NCBI GenBank assembly: GCA_951406725.2
Contig: OX597820.1
Location: 50,468,001 to 50,532,000, forward strand
Direction of reading: 5' to 3'
DNA: 64,000 bases
Source: Octopus vulgaris
Lineage: Eukaryota
Below, piece by piece: positions 41,301 through 55,030 of this stretch. Below the pieces are notes generated by a model. That model searched no databases, was not told where the DNA came from, and saw only the letters and a program-made list of their open reading frames with translations. The position numbers and the translations under genes are program-made. How positions within the stretch are numbered: position 1 is the stretch's first letter; every line of letters starts with the position of its first letter.

Positions 41301-42063
41301 TGCTTCTTTTTGCCAGTAAATTCGTTTTGGAATATATTGATTCCATTTAACACGCGATATATATATATATCAGTTCGATTAAATTACTCAAGTTCACTTA
41401 TTTGACATGAGTATAATGTCAGGTTTCACATTCAAAAAAACTATTGTGAAGAGCACTATAACCTGACATTCCAATATATTTCGTTAAGAACAAATGAAAC
41501 GGCATTAAATCAAAACCACTCTCCCTGTATGTACAGCATTAGAAGGCATAAATCCGTGGATTTCTCTGGGATTAAAGATCTTTATAAACTTTTTGTGGTA
41601 AAAATACAATATATTTTGGAGTATAACAACATAGTCGCCTTAATGACGCAAAAGAAAGGAGCAAACATACGAATAAAAACACAATAAATTATCATAATAT
41701 TAAAAAAAAAACAATTCGCTATTGAAGAGATCAACTATGTTAGTGAATAAATCAATCAGCGATAGAACTACTTTTGTATGGAGTGAGTTCCATGTGTAAG
41801 TGATATTAAAACAGGTTTACACGTAGTTTATAGGTAGTTACATTTCAAAAGGTAAGTTCAGATTAAAAAAATAAACCCTGTCATATGTCTAAATATAAAT
41901 ATGAAAAATAAGTCAAAATAAAAAGAATATGGGAACGTTTGAATAATTGATAATACTCCGAAGAATTATATCACTATTTCACACCAAGATAATATCAAAT
42001 TCACAGGAAACACACTATAAAATGAATTGTATCGCAGTGAACACACATGCCCGTGTACAGAAA

Positions 42064-42572
42064 TCTATATATATAAAACTCAACTTGTGTGTCTCTGTGT
42101 GTATCTGTGTGTGTTTCTGTGTGTTTAACTGCCCGGCACATCTCCTCCTAGCCAACAAATCGTAGAACCACAAAAATGGGTCACTTAAAGTTTAGGCGAA
42201 TGAAAATTGAACTGCGCTATTTTTGTTCCAAAATTCATCTCGCAAGGGCAAAAATCGATAATGTGTTTGTTTAGGCCTTATCCCATGCATTGAATAGTGA
42301 ACTTTACTCAGTTAGCTGTTTGACGTGAACTGTCTTCACCACGCGTGCAAGCATGCGTAAATTGCATGAAAAATAAAAAAATCAAGATATAAAAACGAAT
42401 CGCCATAAACATTGTAGAAATTCGGCAAAGAAATGAATTTTCGGGATGTAGCCTGGAGGGTTTTTTCGTATTAATCGTTTGGACTTTGTGAAAACATACC
42501 AATGGTTTTCATAACATTTTTAACGCTTTGAATTAAATGTGACCATTTTGCAAAGCTGGGCAATACTGCTAG
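42064..42572 (+). mobile_element. Non-autonomous Helitron
   Basis: 5' TCTATATATATAAAA, (TG/TCTG) microsatellite, 3' gctgggcaatactgCTAG|T, similar to the 9153-9537 terminus. Confidence 0.7.
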
Positions 42573-43859
42573 TTTATAATAAAGAATAACAAATGCTCTA
42601 TAATTGAACTTAAATAGAAAACATATGGAAAGTATACATCAAACAGAGTATAAATCGAACTTCTCATAGAAATTTCAAATAAAACACACATGGCTACACG
42701 TAAATGACGCACTTCACCTGACTGAACAAAAGACTATAACAATAGTACAACATATGACCAAAAGCAAATCAGAATTCAAAATGAGGAGATATTTGGTGAT
42801 ATTTTTAAAGAAAATAGAAGGTAAGAGATACGTTATGATTAGAGATTGTATACTAACTCTAAATAAACCATAATCTACTCTCTATTTACGAACTTAGAAA
42901 TACGATAATACCAAGATGATAAAGTTAGACTAATGTCTTCATTAGATTAATCAATAAATAAAAATACCTGGGTGCGTCGAGGAAAAACACAACAACAAAC
43001 TCTATACCGAAGAGTTAAAGGAATGTAGTTCAAAATATTGGTCAAATTAACATGAACTTTGTATAAAAATGAGGCGTATGCTGGGCTGTAAAGACATTTA
43101 ATAAACATGTGTCCGTCTGTGCGCGTGTGTGTGTGCGCGCGTATGTGTGTGTGTGTGTTTGTCTTTCTGGTCAAAGAAATAGACATTTCGAGGACAGTGG
43201 CGTTTTTTAACAGATGAAATGAATAGGATAAAATGGCTATGAATAAAATGGGTACAAAAGTGTACACCTCAAGATTTTCAAAGGAGATTCGAAATTTGTG
43301 TTCCAAAAATGCCCAGATACATTGCTTGCGATTGACATGACTGAGTAGTATATTTATATGCATACAGAATTAATGTGATTTAATAAAAAAGCTGTTAGAC
43401 CTCGTTTTGCATTACTTTTGAAAATATTCTCGTTGTACATGCACTGGTCAAGTGTACCTGCTTCAAGAGGGAGCTCATTACGTATCGCACTCTGGTAGTC
43501 CACCGACATTAATCGGGTACTAATATGATCAATCTTACACGAATTACGATGCCAAATATTTGGGGAAAAATTTTCCGTTGTATATGTGTGTGCGTGCGTG
43601 TATGTGATTGTGTGTGTGTACATGTGTGTGCGCATGTAAGTTTATACGTATACAACTCAGCATTTAAATGCTGCCTTCATATTGTCGATCAAATAAAGTA
43701 CATTTTGAGTACTAGGTTTGATTGAATCACTATTTCGCCTACAAGAAAAAAAGAACTCTCTTGAGTATAAGCTATGAAAAATATGATCAATCGCATAACT
43801 TCCTCTAATATATATTTCTTGTCCGATAGTCTGAGAGAAAATGATGTTTTTGATATATG

Positions 43860-43866
43860 TGTACAT

Positions 43867-43897
<31 letters not shown>

Positions 43898-43922
43898 CAT
43901 GCATACATACATACATACATAC

Positions 43923-44002
<80 letters not shown>

Positions 44003-44172
44003 TTGTGTAAGTATAATATATATTGCATATTATGTATATGTGTGTATATATGCATATATACAGATTTCCATATATATATATATATATATATATATGCATA
44101 TATATATATATATGCATATATATATGTATATATATATGTATATATATATGTATATTCATATGTATATGTATA

Positions 44173-44230
<58 letters not shown>
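43860..44230. repeat. (TA)n/(TG)n compound microsatellite
   Basis: Directly visible. Confidence 0.95.
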
Positions 44231-44729
44231 GACCGTTTGCTTCAAAGCAAGACAAAGCAATATACTACTGATTCTACACACTAATTACTTTAGCAGTAAC
44301 CAAAGCTAATAAATAAAACATTTCTTTCATAATTTAGATAAAGTTATCACCTGCGTCAAAGGTCATGCTGTAATCAGTTTTCTATTGGCGTAATCTTAGA
44401 ATTAATCTGCAGATTCAGTGATGGAGTTTTCACACATTCACTGAACAATCAATAAGGTCAGATGTCTTTTTATCACTTACCCACTGGTTCTTTCAAACTT
44501 TCACCCGTCTCTGTTCCTTCTCTGTCTCTCTCTTTATTTCATTCTCCTCGACTCTGTCTGTCTCTTTCTATCTGTCTGCTGTCTAGTCTGACTGTCTCTC
44601 TCTACTCCCTTTCTTCCTCTCTCTCTCTCTCTCTCTCAGTCTTCTTCTCTATGAATTTCGTTTCTCACATTCATAGCTTGATTCTTTCTGTCAGTGCTCC
44701 TGTTTATCTGTCTGCCTCACTTTGTCTCA

Positions 44730-44822
<93 letters not shown>

Positions 44823-44825
<3 letters not shown>

Positions 44826-45615
44826 GGGACAGACCCTCTATAGTTCAGGCTTCGTCCACCAAACGCCACATGATGCAACTCTCAGGCATCAATCTGCGAC
44901 CGCTGTTATTGAGTGTAGTCCTGCTGCCACGGGGTGCGTCTTTGTTTTGCCTTGCATTTTCCCTGTTCGTTGATTTTTGCGATGGTTGAAACGTTGGATA
45001 TCCGTACTTCCGTCAAATTCAGTTTTCTGCGGGAGAAAACGGCGGCCTAAACAGTTGTCATGCTTCAAACAGCTTACAAGGACGCTGCCACAAACAGAAC
45101 CAGTTTACAAGATTTTACCCCACTTTAGGAATGGTCACTTGTCACTTGAAACCAACTTCGTTCCGAACGAATGAAAATATGAACATTTATGAACTTATCT
45201 TAGAGGCCCGTCAACGAACAATTGGCAAATTGTTGAGCAAGTAGTCGAGAATGAAGGAAGTTGAGACAAAATTTGTACCTCACTTGCTCAGGGAAGATCA
45301 AAAGCAGTCATTACTGAATAAATTCCTTAAACTGAAAGAACAGTGGGATGTTGATCTGGATCCTTTTCTCTAGGGTCATCACTAATGACAAAATATGGCG
45401 CTACAGAATTTGCAGCTGTGGAAGAGGTAAATAAAAAACGACGTTAAAAAGACATCACTTTGCCAAAGTTCTAGCACAGCTTCGAATAGCGGAATACGCG
45501 CATGGACCGATGCATTGCTTCAAATGGAGAATATTTTGACGGCGATAGAGTGTAAACATGTAAAAATAAGTGAATAAAATAGCATTGCAAACGTCCGGTT
45601 TCTTTTGGGTACCCC

Positions 45616-45619
<4 letters not shown>
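44823..45619 (+). mobile_element. Decayed, internally deleted mariner-like element
   Basis: VKFSFLREKTAA*TVVMLQTAYKDAA (HTH), KFVPHLL (WVPHxL-like), RCIASNGEYFDGD C-terminus; right TIR tccggtttcttttgggtaccccc next to (TA)n. Confidence 0.8.
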
Positions 45620-45669
<50 letters not shown>

Positions 45670-45679
45670 GGGGTTTTAA

Positions 45680-45797
45680 GTGGAGCTTTTAAGTGTTTTC
45701 GCTCAATAAACACACACAACGCCCGGTCTGGGGATCGAAACCGCGATCCTCTGACTGTGAGTCCGCTGCCCTAACCACTGGGCCATTGCACCTCCCA
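45680..45797 (-). mobile_element. tRNA-derived SINE head (family C)
   Basis: gggaggtgcaaTGGCCCAGTGGttagggcagcggactcacagtcagaggatcgcGGTTTCGATCCCcagacc: Pol III A and B boxes. Confidence 0.75.
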
Positions 45798-45798
45798 T

Positions 45799-45920
<122 letters not shown>

Positions 45921-45926
45921 ATATGT

Positions 45927-46023
<97 letters not shown>

Positions 46024-46731
46024 TATGAATTATATATAAGATTAATTTACCGAATGTTTTTGCTTTTCTAACGGCGTTTCTGCGTTCGGAAATAAAGTAA
46101 AATCGTATTTGTAGCTTACAGCACATTTCAGAGTTTATAAAAATAGGAAACCGGTGTTTATTTTTTCGTTCATATTTATATAAACGCGGTTGTACATTTA
46201 TCTTTAAAGGCGTCTAAAAAGCGGATTAGATTGTTGGCAGGTAGTTTAGTTTAATGGTAGAGTACTTTGATGCAGTCTTCAAGAGATGTAGTTTTGAATC
46301 CCATGGCTGTTTATTGACAAATATTTCCATTTTGCTCGGGTAATGTACTCGATGCTTTCGTTGTTCTAACGGCGTCTCTGCGTTCTAAAATATATTATCA
46401 TCTTATATATAGTTATTTATATATGTATGCATTTCCATATGTGTGTAGCTTTGTTGTAAGAAGCTTGCTTTGCAAATCCATAGTTCTGGGTTTAGTCATA
46501 CATCGTGGCCCATTGGTCTAGTGTTTTCTACTGTAGCCACGAGCCAACAAATCCTTGTGCGTGGATTTGGGAGAAAAGAAGCTCAAAGAAACCCGTCGCA
46601 TATATATATATATATATATATAGATAAGAAGGTTGGTTTGTGAAAGCACGTGGGTGAATATATAGAAAATAGTAAAGAGTGAAAAAACGACAGAAGGCTT
46701 AAATGTTAGAAAATATATATATTTGCGTCAA

Positions 46732-48143
46732 TATGATGTAGTCAACTTGTATACCAGTATACCTCATAATTATGGACTGGAGGCAATACAGTTCTGGTTA
46801 GACCAATTTCCGGAAGAAATACCAAAAAGGATCAGTAAAGAATTCATTACTAAATCAATTGAATTCATCCTACACAATAACCACTTCATGTTTGAAAATA
46901 CATTTTACCGTCAAAAATCCGGAATTGCTATGGGTACAAGGGCAGCACCAGTCATTGCGAACTTAACAATGGGGTACATGGAAATAATCATTTACCAGGA
47001 ATCTTTATCAATCTTTGGAAACCCCCTCTCTCAATACATAAAAGAGAATTGGATACGATTCTTAGACGATTGTTTTATTCTCTGGAATGAAAATACAGAT
47101 AAGCTCCTAAAATTTAAAAAGCTATTGAACAGCATAAACCCAAATATACAGTTCACAATGGAATACAACCAAAAGGAACTCCCGTTCTTGGATATACTAA
47201 TTAAAAAAATTAACCTTAAAATAGAAACAGACATTTTTTACAAAGCCACAGACGCCAAACAATACCTTCTGTTTAATTCATGCCACCCAAGACACACTAA
47301 AACAAACATCCCCTTCAACCTTGCAAGAAGGATATGCACAATAGTGTCAGAACAAAATACCAGAACTTTAGACTGCAAGAACTCAAAAACACCCTAATTG
47401 ACAGACATTACCCAGCTCAACTCATAGAGAATGGGATCAGACGTGCAACAGAATTCAACATAGAAACTTTAAGAAAAGTTCAACACAACAACACACCTTC
47501 CCCGAAAATACTACCTTACATATCTACATACAACCCCAGAAACAAAGAAGCCTTCACCATCATCACCCAGAATTTACCAATACTTCATAAAAACCCCAAA
47601 TTAAAGGAAATTCTAAACATACACCAAATCATTAAAAGCTACAAACAGCCTAAATCACTTAAAAAGATTCTCACAAAGGCAAAATTGTCTTCTGAAATTA
47701 CGGATGCAAAAGTAAAAAAATGTGGTAGATCGAACTGTGCAACATGTCCTAAACTGCTAGAAGGATCAGAATTCCTCTTTAAAGAGGGACAGAAATTCAA
47801 GATCAAATCTAACTTTACTTGTGCCTCTGAAAACATAATTTATGTCATAAAATGCTCGGGCTGCCACCAAGACTACGTGGGTTCCACGGGACTATCACTC
47901 AGACGTAGATGCACACTGCATCGACAACAGATTGCATTCCCAGAATATAGAATGATACCTTTTAGTGAGCACATTGAGAAATGCGCAAAGCAACTACTGC
48001 CACAATTTTTAATCTTTCCATTTTACCAATGTGCTTTCGGATCATCAACACAAATTAGACTAAACAAGGAAACATTCTTCATTGAAAAGTACAAGCCCAG
48101 ACTCAACCATCCGAACATACTGATACAGAGAAATTCACATTAA
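46732..48143 (+). pseudogene. PLE reverse transcriptase / GIY-YIG endonuclease, 5'-truncated, one frameshift near 47365
   Basis: YDVVNLYTSIP, QKSGIAMGT, WIRFLDDCF, LPFLD, SCHP; then CGRSNCATC, NIIYVIKC..C..DYVGSTG..LRRR..LH (GIY-YIG). Confidence 0.92.
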
Positions 48144-48274
48144 GGGAAAGGAAAAAAAAATTTAAGCGATTATCTCCCTTACACCGGAAGAAATCACCCA
48201 CTACCTCCCCTTATGTAGAACTCTCCGGAACATAAACACAACGATAACTCTATTCAACATAAACATAACGTCAC

Positions 48275-48313
48275 AAGAAATTTGAAAAGCTACACGCGAA
48301 ACCGGTCTTTCTT
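48275..48313 (+). ncRNA. Minimal hammerhead with U3:A8 core in PLE 3' UTR
   Basis: aagaaa t TTGAAAA gc-tacac-gc GAAAC CG GTC tttctt: 6-bp stem I plus one extra U, 2-bp stem II, palindromic ACCGGT stem III. Confidence 0.65.
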
Positions 48314-48443
48314 TAAAATTATGTCATTATAAGAGAAAAAAAAATTTTTTTTTAATTTTCTAATATTTTTCAGACATATTGACGCACATATATATATTTT
48401 CTAACATTTAAGCCTTCTGTCGCTTTTTCACTCTTTACTATTT

Positions 48444-48510
<67 letters not shown>

Positions 48511-49139
48511 TATGTATATATGAGAGTATATATATATGAGAGTATGTGCGTGTATGTATTTGTGCTTAAATAACATTGTTTAATTGGGTACTTAAGTAAA
48601 AAAAAACAAGGTGTATACCTAAGAAATAGGCTTAACTTACAACTTTACTCTTAAATAAATGTGGAAAGAAAAATGGACATTGGTTATTTATCATTGACTC
48701 AAGTATCAATAGAAAAAAACGACTTACTAGCAATTGTATACATAAACTGCATGTATAATAAATTTGCAATGATTTGAGAGTTGCTCTTTAAGTGAAAAAT
48801 ATATAATATTTATTAATGAACGTTAAAATTCGGTTAAAATTTATCATGTTCTTTTGATTCCAGCTGTTTTATTATATATGATGCATTGCTTTAAAATATA
48901 GGCTCACCTCGTAACACGAAGCTGACAGAGCTTCGTGCATGCGTATTACTTAGAGAGGTTTTAATTCAGTAGTGAAACGTAAAGTATACACGCTGCGCTA
49001 ATGTTCTGAGATTAGGTGTTCACACATGATGTTAGGCCATATATTAGATTAACTGTGTTGGCGATGCATTAGAATCTTGATCAACACAATTCATTTCACG
49101 AGTAGCAGGTTAGTGATAGAGTACCCAACTTCAATCTCG

Positions 49140-49390
49140 ATATTTTGACGAGACATCATAGCATTACGAACGTCCTGTTTCTGAATGCCTGTATTCCTGG
49201 AGATTACATCAGGGTAGGAGAGTGTGCGCCCTCTGGTATTGCGAGTAGAAGGCTTCCAGATGAGAAATTTGTCGCTGGGCGTCAAGCGTGCTGGTCCAAA
49301 TGTTTGCCCTTCCCATTTCTGTTCTTCTGTTCTTTATATCCATTTGTGGATTTCTTCCAGACGTTAATCCATCATTCACGTGATTAGCTC
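49140..49390 (-). mobile_element. RTE-like LINE 3' fragment
   Basis: LIWKPS..RGRTLSYPDVISRNTG..RNAMMSR resembles RTE C-terminal RGRP..Y.D..M.DR. Confidence 0.55.
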
Positions 49391-49696
49391 AAAGCTATAT
49401 TCATTTATTGTCTTCGTCTATCGTTTTAAATTACTGTTGTTTAATTTCGTACGTCTACCCTGTATTAATTTTTTGCTCAAGACCTAATACTCCGCAAATC
49501 TAGCGGGTGATGCTGATATAAGAATTTCCTAGTCTTATCGTTAAAGTCATGAAAATAGGTATCAGTAGTTTTCGGTCGATAAATGATGAAGTATTAGGGT
49601 TCTAGTCAGGGATTCTCCCATGCAAAGGTTTTGTAGTATCTAATGCATTTTTCATTTATGGAATAACTGAACGCTTGGCGTCGTGATATTTGTTTA

Positions 49697-49791
<95 letters not shown>

Positions 49792-49841
49792 CATACATAT
49801 ATACATACATACATACATACATACATAAATATATACACACA

Positions 49842-49905
<64 letters not shown>

Positions 49906-49965
49906 CATACATACGTACATATATATGACGAACTAACTGTTACTTTCTCAGATGCAGCACGGATT

Positions 49966-50015
49966 TTTGTCAGTGAACAGGTCGCGGATTTTAGCGACGA
50001 AAATATTTTGACAAA
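49966..50015 (+). ncRNA. Type-I hammerhead with swapped G3:C8 core, in a ~230-bp repeat (49926-50156) between (TA)n tracts
   Basis: tttgtca GTGAACA g gtcgc-ggatttta-gcgac GAAA A TA T TT tgacaaa: perfect 7-bp stem I, 5-bp stem II, palindromic AAAATATTTT stem III. Confidence 0.7.
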
Positions 50016-50258
50016 TTAAACTTAAATGTTGAAGTGAATCGAACGGCTTTTGTGTGTTTCTTAAATGGCTTATAAACACCTTCCACCCTGCAATTGTTTT
50101 CGTTTCAGCACACGATCTCAGATCAAATTACTAGCTATGCGAGTACATCTCCGTAATATATATATATATATATAAGGTTGAAAAGGAACACACGAGTTGA
50201 TATATATGGAAAAAAGTCAAGGTAGAAAATGTTAAAATAATTTTAGAAAACGGCATTT

Positions 50259-50294
50259 CAGTACCGGTTTCAGTCATTGAGACTTTTTCAACTG
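50259..50294 (-). ncRNA. Minimal hammerhead with U3:A8 core
   Basis: cag TTGAAAA agtc-tcaat-gact GAAAC CG GTA ctg. Confidence 0.7.
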
Positions 50295-50476
50295 TAAGTA
50301 TGGAAAACAATTAAATTGGAGAAAAATTAAAAGAAAAGATCTTAAAAAGAATATTTGCATAGTATTCAAATACAAGGGGCATTTTCCTTGTTTCTGCCTA
50401 TTTCTGACTCACTTGTTTACTCTTGTGGGTTGGAGCTCGTTGTGAATTCTTGGTAGTTAAGAAGTAGAATAATATA

Positions 50477-50547
<71 letters not shown>

Positions 50548-51982
50548 GAGGGAGATAGAAAGAAAGTGAGAGACGGAGCGGGGAAAGATGGAGAGTGTGG
50601 ATAGATAGGAAGAGAGACAAAAAATAGATAGATAGTTATACATATATGTGGTTTGAAGAACAGGAACAAAATTCCACTTAAGTTGAAGGTTGCGATATAC
50701 GACGGGAATCTGGTAGAGTCGATAACAAACCATGCCAGATGCTTAAAAGTATTTCAATCGGCCTTATATTCTGGTCTCGAATATAAGGCTTTGAATTTTA
50801 TAATTTCGGTGTCGATGAAATAAGTACCAGTTGTGATGTAATTGACTCTCTCTCGCCTGATATTAGTAACCCTGCGCCAAAATTTAAAATCAAAACATGT
50901 AATGTATTTAGCCTAAATAATAAATTTAAATGTATTCAAGTTATATTAAAATAAGCGCACAAATTTTCATATACTGAAGAAAACAGATGTTAACAATCTA
51001 TGATTTTGCTAGTAATTTCTAAAAACTTATAAGTAAATCATGCCATGTCTTGTACCAATAGTGCTGAGCCAGCAAAATCTTTAAATTCAATGATATAATT
51101 TGAAAGCTTGCTCTGCTATTCAGAAAAGTAATTTTCCGAGGAATTTGTTTCATGCACAGTATAGTTAAAGCATAAAAGGTTCTATAATACACCAGAGTTA
51201 TGAAGCAATGTATAAAATATTTTATACTTACATGAAAATCAAATCGCATATTAATTATGAATACAATATTATTAAATATGTGTGTGTGCTTTCATGTGTG
51301 TGTGTGTCTAAATACATATAAATACAAGAGTGTATGTATGAATAATCATCTTCGTAATTGGCTGAAATTACTGTAACAGACACTAATTACAATCATGCAA
51401 ATATGGCTTATACACACTCTTGCATTCATATATGTATGTCTGTGTGTGTATGTGTATGTGTGTGTGTATGTGCGCGCACACACACATATAGATGCTGTAA
51501 AAGGAGGTGATATATGCAACTGACACAGTTCGATAGATACCGATAAAGCACATGTTCACACTTATTTGCCCGGATTCACACCTATACATTTATGAAAGTG
51601 TAAATCATCTCTATAGAGAATATTGAGTGATTGACTTCTACATTGTCCTGATGAAACGTAATGAATATATTTTAATATAACCTCAAGCGAACTAAATTTA
51701 CATATACACAGTTAATAAGGAATAATGGATGATAATTTGATTTTTACAGGCCTTGTAGCGCATTAATGCGAACAATCTAGATAAAAATCTAGTTATAGTT
51801 TATTGGCTGTAAGGTTTATTGTGGTGCATATAGCTGATATATTCTACATCTATTGTGAGGAAACGTTCTTATATTTATGTGATAAATCGAAGTTGACATA
51901 TCAAGAGATACCACTTACTAATGTAAACGTCGGTATATACATATATATATATATATACATAGATACATGCATACATACATAA

Positions 51983-52027
<45 letters not shown>

Positions 52028-52208
52028 CACACATACATGCACGCACATATATATATATATTTCGTTTTTGTATTTGGTTCCCAAGATACATTACGTGAAT
52101 TGGTGTGTTGAAGTATATTTCATTGTGTTTGGGGAAAGTCATTCTTTTGTAATGCCTTATTAATTAACACACTCACCGGTTCGATTTCCACTCATTTACT
52201 TCTTTCTT

Positions 52209-52246
52209 CTAAAATTTTCGTTGATCCTTACAAACTCTTCAATAGT
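52209..52246 (-). ncRNA. Decayed minimal hammerhead-like motif (U3.G8)
   Basis: cta TTGAAGA g tttg-taaggat-caac GAAAA TTT tag; palindromic AAAATTTT. Confidence 0.4.
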
Positions 52247-52389
52247 TGTTGATTCTGTCCATTATTGCTGCTGCGTTCCTTTGTTACAACAGGTGCTACG
52301 GCCATTCGTTGAAATATCCCCGGATGTCTGCGTGAACACAGAGGATTCCCGCTGTAGAACAAGTAGTTATAACCACTCCAACGACCCTC

Positions 52390-54180
52390 GATAGATGAGG
52401 GAAGGACAGCAATAAGTAAAATGAATTTTGGTAGTGCACTTGGAAGAGATGGAGTTTGTGCTGAGGTCTTGAGATTTGGTGGTGATTACATCACACAGGC
52501 CTTTCATGAACTTATTAGTGTAGACTGACAGGAGGGTGCAATTCTTAAGGACAGGTGGAATGCAATTATTCTTCCTCTCTATATAGCAAAAGGAGTCAGA
52601 ATAATGTGTGGTAAATATAAAGGTGTTGCTCCACTATGAGCTGTTGGCAAGGTTCTGGCAAATATTCTTCTTAAGCCTGAATGGGTGCCTCGTAAATGAT
52701 GTCGTATCTGAATCTCAGTGTAGCTTCCAATCTGGTAGAGCGACAATGGATATGATTTTCACAGCAAGACAGATGCAGGAGAAATGCTATGAGTAGAGTA
52801 TGGATCTCGCCCAGCTATTCATGGATTTAACCAGGGCCATTGACACTGTGAAATAGGGTCTTGCTATGGAAAATACTTGGCAAACTTGGATGTCCGGATC
52901 ACTTTCTATCTATAATTCAATCATTGAATGATAGGATGGAGGCTTGAGTCAATGCTGGCGGTGGCATGGCGGGACCCATTCCTGTATAGAATGGTGTCAA
53001 GCAGGGTGATATCCTTGCCCCAACTTTCATTTATTTTTATTTGTTTGCTACTTTTACTCATGCTTTTACTAAGTTTAGATATCTGGGAATCAGGTATCGA
53101 TCTTCTGACTGCCTCTTTAATCTGCGCCGATTTGCCGTCAATTCAAAAGTTTACCAGTCTCTAATACGTGACCTCCCTTATGCAGATGACTGTGATTTAG
53201 TCACTCATACAGTGGATGAGATGCGAATACTTAGGAATCGTGTTTCTGCTGCTTGCAAGGTATTTGGACTCAGCATTAGCGTAGACAAGATTGTTGCAAT
53301 GTCCCAGCTTGCGCCAGGAAATACATTTGTGGATTCAGCTATCTTGGTTGAAGGAAAAATACTCAAAGTGGTAGACAAGTTTTTCTTCCTGGGCAGCAAA
53401 CTCAGCCATTCTTGCTCCCGGGATAATGAATTAGCTTTCAGGTTGCAAACAGTAACTGATTCCTTCCGGTCTCTTGAGTCCCGTGTCTGGTCCCAGCATG
53501 CGATCATAAGGCAAACAAAAATTGCTGTGTACCAGGCATGTGTACTGACATCGCCCTCACCCCTTTAATCATGCGAGACATGGACACTTTACAAACGTCA
53601 TGTAAATGTCCTTGAACGCGTTCATCAGCTATGTCTGAGACACAATCTGTACGTCGGCTGGACCTTAAAAACTTCAGACACACAGGTCCTGAGGAAAGAT
53701 GATATCTTGAGTATATTAGCGATGGTGATCAAGCACCGGTTACGTTGGACTGGATACCTTATTGAAATGAAGAATAGCAAATGCTCTATAGGGAAGTTGT
53801 TAGTGGGTAGAGACCCCGACAGAAACCAAGACTGCGATTTAAGGCCTGTTATATGGGCATGTAATATGCAGGAGACCGACTGGGAGAGCAATTCCTGTCA
53901 TCGCCACAGATGGAAGAGCAGATTAAGGAGGGGGTTGGCACCTTTGAGAGAACACTTATATTGCATGAAGAACTCTCGCGTGCTGCTAATGTAGTGAATG
54001 GGGAAAGCTTGGTTTGTAATGTTTGCAGTCGTGTATGCTTGTCAAGGGCAAGGCTCATTAGCCACCAATGCTAATACTAGTACAAGTACTACTACAGTTG
54101 CAAAATATATGTTAGTCCCGTATAGTACAATGCTCCTAAATGTCAGCAATGGTCTTCCTCGATCACGAGTGGACGGCCAT
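52390..54180 (+). mobile_element. RTE/BovB-like LINE, RT and C-terminal zinc finger, pseudogenised
   Basis: ESQCSFQSGRATMDMIFTARQMQEKC, FMDLTRAIDTV, NGVKQGDILAPT, DLPYADDC, VVDKFFFLGS, CNVCSRVCLSRARLISH. Confidence 0.92.
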
Positions 54181-54707
54181 TATGTATACATTTTTATGTG
54201 TAAATATATAAGTATGTCTATAGTTGTATACAAAATACCACTTATCTGACGTATTTTCAGAGTCAAAAAGTAAAAGAAATATATGCGTGATGATAATATC
54301 TAAGTAAAATTTTCCACGTACGTGTATAAATATTTTCAGATGAGTAGAATATTTTAAACTGGTTTTTATAAGAATGCTGGCTTATAATATTCCAGGTATA
54401 CTTAAGGGTCTTTCCTCTGAGATTAAAAGACATACACATGTCAAATTTTTGTAGGATCTTCTACATGATGTGTGTATATGTATGCATAAGTAATCTTCTT
54501 GTAAACCACAAAGACAATACATTCACAGAGACGTTGCTATTAATTTTCATGCGATATGTATTATATACTTCTCTCTCGATTTACATAACTCTCTATCTTT
54601 TTAAGAAATATACACGCGCAGATTCCTGAAAACACACGCAAACACACATACATACACGCACACACACACCTTCTGATATATATGCATATGTGTGTGTGAT
54701 TTATATT

Positions 54708-54766
<59 letters not shown>

Positions 54767-54768
54767 TG

Positions 54769-54801
<33 letters not shown>

Positions 54802-54967
54802 CTGCACCCATGTTCGTATGCATCCATTTGTGGGAATTTGATTATATAAGAGTGGAAGATAGAGAAGGAAGGAGATTATGAAAAGGACAATGAAAAACAT
54901 TTTAAACTTACTTGAAGATTCAGTTGATAAAGTAAAAAGAAAAAAAAATTGTATATCACTTCTATAG

Positions 54968-55030
<63 letters not shown>

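Larger units (their letters stand above)
46664..48446 (+). mobile_element. 5'-truncated Penelope-like retroelement (Penelope/Poseidon type) with inverted partial pLTR
   Basis: RT + GIY-YIG ORFs, 3' hammerhead, and a 72-bp inverted repeat (46664-46735 vs 48375-48446, 2 mismatches); flanked by (TA)/(TC) tracts. Confidence 0.92.

Noticed and set aside
46237-46312. tRNA-like sequence between short direct repeats
   Set aside because: Stems and B box too degenerate for a functional tRNA; at most a decayed tRNA-derived repeat.
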